NCBI GenBank assembly: GCA_021737945.1
Contig: JAIPCX010000012.1
Coordinates: 6,665 to 70,664 of the forward strand
Source of the DNA: Polynucleobacter sp.
Lineage (GTDB): Bacteria; Pseudomonadota; Gammaproteobacteria; Burkholderiales; Burkholderiaceae_D
DNA: 64,000 nt
Direction: 5' to 3'
Shown: in pieces, positions 57,491 to 64,000 of the stretch
Position numbering within the stretch: the first letter of the stretch is position 1
Layout: each line of letters begins with the position of its first letter
The notes under the pieces: model-generated
The model's input: only the letters and a program-made list of their open reading frames with translations
Database searches by the model: none
Told to the model about the DNA's origin: nothing
Translations under genes and position numbers: made by a program

Positions 57491-58462
57491 TTAAAGCAAC
57501 TCGTCCGCCTTTTCTGGCAACGCCTGCCCGGTTTGTTTGGCCCGCTTTAGTACAGTCCAGTAATAGCGATAACTCGCACGGTCATGTAGCTTACCTTGGT
57601 GTTGGATAGGCCCCCATTGATTGGCCCGCGCGGCGAGCAAAATTGCGGCCGCGTCTTCTGTTTCATGCGCTGTTGGAGCAAAGGCTGCCAGTATTGGTTT
57701 TATCTGGTCAGGGTGAATACTCCACATGCGCTGGTAACCAAACTGCCGGCACGCCAGAGTAGCATCGCTGGCAACCACCGACAGATCTCTAATTTCAGTG
57801 CACACATTATGCGATGCGACTTTGCCATGTGCGTGACAAGCCGCCGATATTTCTACTTTGGCACGCGTTATCAGTGGATGGCTAAATTGGCCGGGGCTAC
57901 GCATTGCATCCCCAGGCACAGCGCCGAAGTGTGCTGAGACAAAATCCATCACGCCAAACGAAAGGCACTCAATACCCGCTAACCCCGCAATATCCCACAC
58001 TTGGTGCAGAGCCTGGTGGGTTTCAATCAGAACATGAATCGGCAGCGAAGGGTGACCTGCAGCTGATGCGTGATGCACTATGGTTTTAACAGCCGATTGC
58101 AACTGGCTGAGACCTTCTACCTTCGGGATAACAAGGTAGGCAAGTTTGTCAGCCGCAAGATTGCAGATGGTGGCGACATCTTGCTCAAAGAAAGGGCTAT
58201 CCGCATCATGCACGCGGGCGCCTATGCGATTGAAATGATTGTCTGAGCTGGCAAGAAGTTCGCCTACGAGTTTTGCATGCGCCGCTTCGTTACCCGCCGC
58301 TGCACCATCTTCACAATCAAACGTGATATCGAATACGGGGCCAAGCTCTTGCTGAAGCGCGAGTGACTTGCGCATCAATTTTTCTGAGCCTGCGTAATGA
58401 TCGCAGACCGGTATAGCAACCGGCTGGTGAGTACCATGAAACAAAACCTCGGATGCGTGCAT
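57491..58462 (-). CDS. HpcH/HpaI aldolase / citrate lyase beta (CitE)-like acyl-CoA lyase
   Basis: 323 aa. FDITFDCEDGAAAGNE and VIPKVEG segments are typical of CitE/malyl-CoA-lyase-like enzymes. It sits between mdh and acnA. Confidence 0.75.
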   Translation of the reverse strand: MHASEVLFHGTHQPVAIPVCDHYAGSEKLMRKSLALQQELGPVFDITFDCEDGAAAGNEAAHAKLVGELLASSDNHFNRIGARVHDADSPFFEQDVATICNLAADKLAYLVIPKVEGLSQLQSAVKTIVHHASAAGHPSLPIHVLIETHQALHQVWDIAGLAGIECLSFGVMDFVSAHFGAVPGDAMRSPGQFSHPLITRAKVEISAACHAHGKVASHNVCTEIRDLSVVASDATLACRQFGYQRMWSIHPDQIKPILAAFAPTAHETEDAAAILLAARANQWGPIQHQGKLHDRASYRYYWTVLKRAKQTGQALPEKADELL

Positions 58463-58537
58463 GAGGAGAGAGTAGGACAGTAGTGCGGGTTATTGAAGGC
58501 GCAGGAAGACCTTGTGGCCTACCTGCGCTAAGTGGGA

Positions 58538-59527
58538 TTAAGGCAGCAAATGCTTAACGCCGTCTTTTTCTTCAGTCAATTCTTTGAGTGTGATGTTGAT
58601 ACGCTCTTGTGAGAATGCATCTATCTCGAGTCCTTGCACAATCGTGTATTCGCCATTTTGTGTGGTGACTGGAAAACCAAACATCACATCGTTAGGAATG
58701 CCGTAAGAACCGTCGGATGGAATACCCATCGTGGTCCATTTACCGTTAGTGCCGAGTACCCAATCACGAACGTGATCAATCGCAGCATTGGCCGCTGATG
58801 CAGCAGAGGAGAGCCCGCGTGCTTCAATAATTGCGCCACCGCGTTTGCCGACTGTCGGCAAAAAGACATCTTTATTCCATGCTTCATCGTTGATCATGTT
58901 TTTGACTGAGTTGCCTTCAATGGTGGCAAATCGGTAGTCAGCGTACATAGTGGGCGAGTGATTGCCCCAGACGCAGAGTTTTTCGATAGCAGCGACCGGT
59001 TTGCCAGTTTTTGCCGCTACTTGCGATAAAGCGCGGTTGTGATCTAGCCTTAGCATCGCAGTGAAATTTTTAGCAGGCAGGCTAGGTGCTGATTTCATGG
59101 CGATGTAAGCATTGGTGTTGGCAGGATTACCCACCACCAGTACTTTGATATTGCGTGAAGCGACCGCATCGAGTGCTTTACCTTGAACAGTAAAAATCTG
59201 GGCATTCGCTTCGAGCAAATCTTTACGCTCCATGCCAGGTCCGCGTGGGCGTGCCCCGACTAGCAAAGCGACATCAGCATCTTTAAATGCTGTCATCGGG
59301 TCGGAATGCGCTGTCATGCCGGCTAGCAGTGGAAACGCGCAATCGTCCACTTCCATCATCACGCCCTTGAGAGCTTTTTGCGCTTTTTCGTCAGGAATTT
59401 CTAGTAACTGAAGTATCACAGGCTGGTCTTTACCCAGCATATCGCCATTAGCGATGCGAAACAGTAATGAATAGCCGATCTGGCCAGCGGCGCCGGTCAC
59501 AGCGACGCGCATAGGGGCTTTAGCCAT
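58538..59527 (-). CDS. mdh: malate dehydrogenase
   Basis: 329 aa with [26 protein letters not shown] and NPANTNA. This is the cytoplasmic-type (LDH-unlike) MDH family. Confidence 0.95.
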   Translation of the reverse strand: MAKAPMRVAVTGAAGQIGYSLLFRIANGDMLGKDQPVILQLLEIPDEKAQKALKGVMMEVDDCAFPLLAGMTAHSDPMTAFKDADVALLVGARPRGPGMERKDLLEANAQIFTVQGKALDAVASRNIKVLVVGNPANTNAYIAMKSAPSLPAKNFTAMLRLDHNRALSQVAAKTGKPVAAIEKLCVWGNHSPTMYADYRFATIEGNSVKNMINDEAWNKDVFLPTVGKRGGAIIEARGLSSAASAANAAIDHVRDWVLGTNGKWTTMGIPSDGSYGIPNDVMFGFPVTTQNGEYTIVQGLEIDAFSQERINITLKELTEEKDGVKHLLP

Positions 59528-59644
59528 AGTGAATCTCCAATCAGTCGAATAGTGTGCAAATTAGGCAAGACCCTCTTTTGAAGGGCCCATCGTTGCTCGC
59601 GAGTTTAGGGGCAGGCTGGCATCTCTGTCAATGCACATCTTATA

Positions 59645-59656
59645 TCTTATATAAGA
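59645..59656. promoter_or_regulatory. perfect 12-bp palindrome TCTTATATAAGA in the mdh / gntR divergent promoter region (candidate GntR-family operator)
   Basis: Read directly. It is flanked by the partial direct repeat ATCTTATA. It lies about 40 nt upstream of the GntR-family gene. Confidence 0.4.
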
Positions 59657-59696
59657 CATATTACTGCACAATTTTCTGGACGTTGAGCAGGTATCT

Positions 59697-60500
59697 GTGG
59701 TGAAATCCGCAGCTATGAGCCAATCCGTCACCACGCCAACCGCTTCGGGTTCGGCCGCCAGTGCAAGCGGTCCTGGGGCAGCATCGCCCACCTTCAGCCC
59801 TTTGTATCAGCAAATTAAATCGCTGATCATGCAAAGTTTGCAGTCGGGCGAGTGGAAGCCGGGTGAGTTAATCCCGAGTGAAGTCGAGTTAGCATTTCGC
59901 TACAAGGTGAGTCAGGGCACAGTTAGAAAAGCCATCGACGAGCTTTCGGCCGAAAACCTAGTGGTTCGTCGCCAAGGTAAAGGCACCTTTGTAGCGACCC
60001 ATCATGAGGCGCGCGTTCAGTTCCGTTTTTTGCGCTTGTCACCCGATGGTGGCGAGGCACATCAACCCGAAAATCATATTATTGAAGTCAAGCGTATGCG
60101 CGGCCCCGCCGAAGTGGCGCGCGTGCTCGATATTAAAGCCGGCGATTCAGTGATTTTTATACGGCGTGTTCAATATTTTGATGCAGCGCCTATCATTCTT
60201 GAAGAAATCTGGTTACCGGGCGCGATATTCAAAGGCTTAACGTCAGAGCGATTGGCCGAATACAATGGGCCGATGTATGGCTTGTTCGAAACTGAATTCG
60301 GTACCCAGATGATACGTGCGTCGGAAAAGCTCAAGGCAGTGCCTGCTGATGCTACTGCGGCGGAATTGCTGAAAGTACCACTCGGTAGTCCGCTGTTAAA
60401 CGTTGATCGCGTGGCTTATACCTACGGTGACCGGCCGGTCGAATTGCGACGCGCGTTATATGCAACCGAAAGTCACCACTACCACAATGAACTTAGTTAA
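59697..60500 (+). CDS. GntR-family transcriptional regulator, HutC/UTRA subfamily
   Basis: The wHTH is GELIPSEVELAFRYKVSQGTVRKAIDELSAENLVVRRQGKGTFV, with a UTRA-like C-terminal domain. The start is uncertain (GTG 59697 or ATG 59715). Confidence 0.88.
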   Translation: MVKSAAMSQSVTTPTASGSAASASGPGAASPTFSPLYQQIKSLIMQSLQSGEWKPGELIPSEVELAFRYKVSQGTVRKAIDELSAENLVVRRQGKGTFVATHHEARVQFRFLRLSPDGGEAHQPENHIIEVKRMRGPAEVARVLDIKAGDSVIFIRRVQYFDAAPIILEEIWLPGAIFKGLTSERLAEYNGPMYGLFETEFGTQMIRASEKLKAVPADATAAELLKVPLGSPLLNVDRVAYTYGDRPVELRRALYATESHHYHNELS

Positions 60501-60600
60501 TGCGAACGGGGCGGTTAACTTGACGCGCCGAACTTTTTTAGCCCAAACAGATAGAATCTGGGTTTGCACCACAAGATAGAAACCGTTGGAGAAGATGCTC

Positions 60601-61005
60601 ATGCCTGAAGCAAGAAACACTAAACGCTTTACCAACATTCACATCACCGACATTTTGCGCTATCGCTTGCCATTATCCGGCATCGTGTCGATTTTGCATC
60701 GAGTCAGTGGCGCGATGATGTTTTTGTTGTTGCCCTTTATTCTTTACATCTTCGATCTTTCAATTACTTCGGAAATTTCCTTCGCTTACTTGCAGGGTTT
60801 TGCTAGTCACTGGTTCGTAAAATTACTGATTCTCGGACTCTCCTGGGCTTACCTGCATCATTTCTGTGCGGGCGTTCGTCACTTGATCATGGATGCGCAC
60901 ATTGGACTATCGAAAGAGGGTTCGGCCAAATCAGCGCGTTCGGTATTTTTTGTTAGCGTGCCATTGGCCTTGCTGGTTGCATTGAAACTGTTTGGAGATT
61001 TCTAA
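60601..61005 (+). CDS. sdhC: succinate dehydrogenase cytochrome b556 subunit
   Basis: Three TM helices and SILHRVSG (heme His region). I chose ATG 60601, 9 nt after GGAG; the track ORF starts at TTG 60586. Confidence 0.9.
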   Translation: MPEARNTKRFTNIHITDILRYRLPLSGIVSILHRVSGAMMFLLLPFILYIFDLSITSEISFAYLQGFASHWFVKLLILGLSWAYLHHFCAGVRHLIMDAHIGLSKEGSAKSARSVFFVSVPLALLVALKLFGDF

Positions 61006-61006
61006 G

Positions 61007-61369
61007 ATGGACAACAATATCGGACCTAAGCGTCTGGTGGTGGGCGCGCACTACGGATTGAGAGATTGGCTAGCTCAACGTGCTACAGCGATTGTCATGG
61101 CTGTATTCACTATCGTTTTGCTTGTTCTGTTTCTCGGAGCAGGGGAATTTAGTTATGAATCCTGGGCGGGTTTGTATGCTCAGCAATGGTTCAAACTATT
61201 TGCGTTCGTAACCTTCATGTCCTTGTACTACCACGCGTGGGTGGGCGTACGCGACATTTGGATGGATTACGTTAAACCCGTTGCCGTAAGACTGTTATTG
61301 CAAGTGCTGACAATTCTCTGGTTAGTCGGTTGTGCCGGCTGGACAGTTCAGATTCTGTGGAGAGTGTAA
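61007..61369 (+). CDS. sdhD: succinate dehydrogenase hydrophobic membrane anchor subunit
   Basis: From ATG 61007 the protein reads [31 protein letters not shown]... GGAGA lies 8 nt upstream. It lies 1 nt after the sdhC stop. Confidence 0.9.
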   Translation: MDNNIGPKRLVVGAHYGLRDWLAQRATAIVMAVFTIVLLVLFLGAGEFSYESWAGLYAQQWFKLFAFVTFMSLYYHAWVGVRDIWMDYVKPVAVRLLLQVLTILWLVGCAGWTVQILWRV

Positions 61370-61371
61370 AC

Positions 61372-63147
61372 GTGACATCGATTAAATCCTCCATTCCATC
61401 ACGACGCTTTGACGCAGTTATCGTCGGTGCGGGTGGCTCCGGCATGCGAGCATCGTTACAACTAGCCCAAGCTGGTTTAAACGTCGCTGTACTTTCAAAA
61501 GTTTTTCCAACACGTTCACATACCGTTGCGGCGCAAGGTGGTATCGGCGCGTCGCTAGGCAATATGTCAGAAGACAATTGGTACTGGCATATGTTCGACA
61601 CCGTCAAAGGTAGTGATTACCTTGGCGATCAAGATGCGATTGAATTCATGTGTCGCGAAGCTCCCAAAGTGGTGTACGAGCTTGAGCATTTGGGTATGCC
61701 ATTTGATCGTAATCCTGATGGTACGATTTATCAGCGTCCATTCGGTGGCCACACAGCTAACTTTGGTGAAAAGCCAGTTCAACGCGCATGCGCGGCAGCT
61801 GACCGTACCGGTCACGCGATGTTGCACACGCTGTATCAGCGTAACGTTCAAGCAAGAACCCATTTCTTTGTTGAGTGGATGGCGATCGACATTGTTCGCG
61901 ATGCTGATGGCGATGTCGTCGGTGTGGTTGCACTAGAAATGGAAACTGGCGAAGTCATGATGCTTGAAGCGAAAACCACCGTGTTCGCTACTGGCGGTGC
62001 TGGCCGTATTTGGGCTGCATCGACAAACGCCTTCATCAATACCGGCGATGGTATGGGCATGGCTGCACGTGCAGGCTTGCCACTCGAAGATATGGAATTT
62101 TGGCAGTTTCATCCAACCGGCGTTGCGGGCGCTGGCGTGTTGATCACCGAAGGTGTGCGCGGTGAAGGTGGAATTTTGATTAACAGCGAAGGTGAGCGCT
62201 TCATGGAGCGTTACGCGCCTACGCTGAAAGATTTAGCGCCGCGTGATTTTATTTCGCGCTCAATGGACCAAGAAATTAAAGAAGGCCGTGGTTGCGGCCC
62301 GAAAAAAGATCACGTCTTACTCGATCTGCGTCACATCGGTGCTGACACCATACGTAAGCGTCTGCCGTCGATTCTTGAAATCGGTCATAAGTTTGCCAAT
62401 GTCGATGCAACGCGTGAGCCGATTCCAGTTGTGCCTACCATTCACTATCAAATGGGCGGCATTCCTACCAACATACATGGTCAGGTAGTCGCACCTAAAA
62501 ACGGTGGCCAAGAAATCGTACGCGGTCTGTACGCTATTGGTGAATGTGCATGCGTTTCTGTTCACGGTGCCAATCGTCTCGGTACAAATTCCTTGCTGGA
62601 TTTGTTAGTGTTTGGTCGAGCAGCAGGTAATCACATTGTTGATAGCAAGCTCAAACAACAACATCACAAAGACTTGCCAGCTGATGGTGCTGATTTTGCG
62701 TTGTCGCGTTTAGCACATCTAGAGGCCTCAACAGGTTCAGAGAAAGTGCAAGACGTTGCCAACGACATTCGCAAAACCATGCAGCACTATTGCAGCGTGT
62801 TCCGTACCCAAGAGTTGCTGGATGAAGGTGTCAAACAAATCACGGAACTCGATGAGCGTCGCAAACAAGTGTCGTTCAAAGATAAATCCAAAGTGTTCAA
62901 TACAGCTCGGGTAGAAGCGCTAGAACTCGACAACCTGATTGAAACAGCGAAAGCTACTATCGTCTCTGCAGCGGCTCGCAAAGAATCGCGCGGTGCGCAT
63001 GCTCATCGTGATCACGAAAAACGCGATGATGAAAACTGGATGAAACACACTCTGTGGTTCTCCGAAGGCAATCGACTCGATTATAAGCCCGTGGTTACTA
63101 AGCCACTGACTGTTGAAACGTTTAAACCCAAGGCACGTACCTTCTAA
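61372..63147 (+). CDS. sdhA: succinate dehydrogenase flavoprotein subunit
   Basis: GTG 61372 lies 2 nt after the sdhD stop. Motifs are [25 protein letters not shown] (covalent FAD His) and HPTG. Confidence 0.96.
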   Translation: MTSIKSSIPSRRFDAVIVGAGGSGMRASLQLAQAGLNVAVLSKVFPTRSHTVAAQGGIGASLGNMSEDNWYWHMFDTVKGSDYLGDQDAIEFMCREAPKVVYELEHLGMPFDRNPDGTIYQRPFGGHTANFGEKPVQRACAAADRTGHAMLHTLYQRNVQARTHFFVEWMAIDIVRDADGDVVGVVALEMETGEVMMLEAKTTVFATGGAGRIWAASTNAFINTGDGMGMAARAGLPLEDMEFWQFHPTGVAGAGVLITEGVRGEGGILINSEGERFMERYAPTLKDLAPRDFISRSMDQEIKEGRGCGPKKDHVLLDLRHIGADTIRKRLPSILEIGHKFANVDATREPIPVVPTIHYQMGGIPTNIHGQVVAPKNGGQEIVRGLYAIGECACVSVHGANRLGTNSLLDLLVFGRAAGNHIVDSKLKQQHHKDLPADGADFALSRLAHLEASTGSEKVQDVANDIRKTMQHYCSVFRTQELLDEGVKQITELDERRKQVSFKDKSKVFNTARVEALELDNLIETAKATIVSAAARKESRGAHAHRDHEKRDDENWMKHTLWFSEGNRLDYKPVVTKPLTVETFKPKARTF

Positions 63148-63160
63148 GCTCGGAAAAATC

Positions 63161-63871
63161 ATGACTCGTACTGTCAAATTTCAGATTTATCGTTACGACC
63201 CAGATCGTGATGCAAAACCGTATATGCAGGACCTCACGGTCACGCTGCAAGATACCGATAAGATGCTGCTCGATGCATTGCAACGTATCAAAGCCGATGT
63301 CGATGATTCACTCGCGTTGCGCCGCTCGTGCCGTGAAGGCGTGTGCGGCTCTGACGCCATGAACATCAATGGCAAAAATGGCCTTGCTTGCACTACCAAT
63401 CTCAATGAATTGACCGAACCGATTGTGCTGCGTCCGCTGCCTGGTTTGCCAGTAATTCGAGATCTGATCGTCGATATGACGAACTTCTTCAAGCAATATC
63501 ATTCCATCAAACCGTATTTGGTCAACACCACCATACCGCCAGAAAAAGAGCGCCTGCAGATGCCTGCTGAGCGTGAAGAATTAGACGGCTTGTATGAATG
63601 CATTTTGTGCGCGTGCTGTTCTACCTCGTGCCCATCGTTCTGGTGGAATCCCGATAAATTCGTCGGTCCTGCTGGTTTGTTGCAGGCCTATCGCTTTATC
63701 GCCGATAGCCGTGATGAGGCTACCGCTGAGCGTTTAGATAATCTGGAAGATCCTTATCGTCTGTTCCGTTGTCATTCGATTATGAATTGCGTTGATGTAT
63801 GCCCCAAAGGCCTCAACCCAAACAAAGCGATTGGCAAAATTAAAGAGCTGCTAGTACGACGCGCTGTATAG
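63161..63871 (+). CDS. sdhB: succinate dehydrogenase iron-sulfur subunit
   Basis: From ATG 63161 the protein reads [15 protein letters not shown]. Cluster motifs are [27 protein letters not shown] and [12 protein letters not shown]. Confidence 0.96.
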   Translation: MTRTVKFQIYRYDPDRDAKPYMQDLTVTLQDTDKMLLDALQRIKADVDDSLALRRSCREGVCGSDAMNINGKNGLACTTNLNELTEPIVLRPLPGLPVIRDLIVDMTNFFKQYHSIKPYLVNTTIPPEKERLQMPAEREELDGLYECILCACCSTSCPSFWWNPDKFVGPAGLLQAYRFIADSRDEATAERLDNLEDPYRLFRCHSIMNCVDVCPKGLNPNKAIGKIKELLVRRAV

Positions 63872-63875
63872 TTTG

Positions 63876-64000
63876 ATGGAAAGTGGCAGACATCAGGACG
63901 ACCCAACGCGCCGCGCACGTTTACGTTGGCGCAGCCGAAGGGGTTTGTTAGAAAACGATCTGATACTGACTCGCTTTCTTGATTTGCATGAGGCGACATT
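63876..64000 (+). CDS. sdhE: succinate dehydrogenase FAD assembly factor SdhE (SDHAF2/DUF339 family), 3' end outside window
   Basis: Hand translation from ATG 63876 gives MESGRHQDDPTRRARLRWRSRRGLLENDLILTRFLDLHEAT... This contains the RxxWRxRRGxLExD signature. It is absent from the ORF track because the window end truncates it. Confidence 0.8.
   Translation, partial: MESGRHQDDPTRRARLRWRSRRGLLENDLILTRFLDLHEAT

Noticed and set aside
59561-59791. 76-aa ORF on the minus strand in the mdh / gntR intergenic region
   Set aside because: It overlaps the GntR start and promoter region, is Ala/Pro-rich and has no RBS.
1-64000. Scan for mobile elements, prophage genes, known defence systems, CRISPR-cas and rRNA
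   Set aside because: I recognised no transposase, integrase, phage structural, restriction-modification, toxin-antitoxin pair or cas-like ORF in any of the ≥60-aa ORFs in the supplied six-frame track. Apart from the 10-bp array, no long repeats were noticed by eye. A computational repeat search is still needed.

Overview
A 64 kb chromosomal window at about 50% GC. Gene content and order resemble a Burkholderiales-type betaproteobacterium, but that taxonomic guess is inference only. Most of it is core metabolism. There is a translation block (tRNA-Val, thrS-infC-rpmI-rplT-pheS-pheT-ihfA-merR). There is a TCA block (acnA, citE-like lyase, mdh, gntR, sdhCDAB-sdhE). There is a ketone-body/acyl-CoA block (ETF-QO, SDR, thioesterase, scoAB, bdhA, hydrolase, relA). 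moeA-moaA-chrA and a Liv-type ABC operon with an acyl-CoA ligase and an MlrC-like peptidase are also present. I saw no transposase, integrase, CRISPR array or rRNA. The unusual material is small and scattered. (1) A 24-codon PqqA-type peptide gene, below the ORF-track cut-off, sits without pqqBCDE just upstream of a cytochrome P450; this is my best candidate for something undescribed. (2) An MtnK-like kinase is paired with a divergent enolase paralog. (3) An HTH / orphan response-regulator cluster sits next to a 5.4-copy 10-bp tandem repeat upstream of a DksA/TraR gene. (4) A polysaccharide-export locus is visibly decayed (frameshifted wza, truncated membrane protein, 5'-deleted fcl). (5) A low-GC ankyrin-repeat gene is wedged between scoAB and bdhA. 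(6) A Thr-rich mini-ORF plus terminator lies ahead of thrS, and infC appears to use an AUA start. (7) Three bactofilin paralogs and an M23 peptidase sit behind a 530-bp AT-rich regulatory region. All functions are inferred from motifs read by eye; no database search was run.
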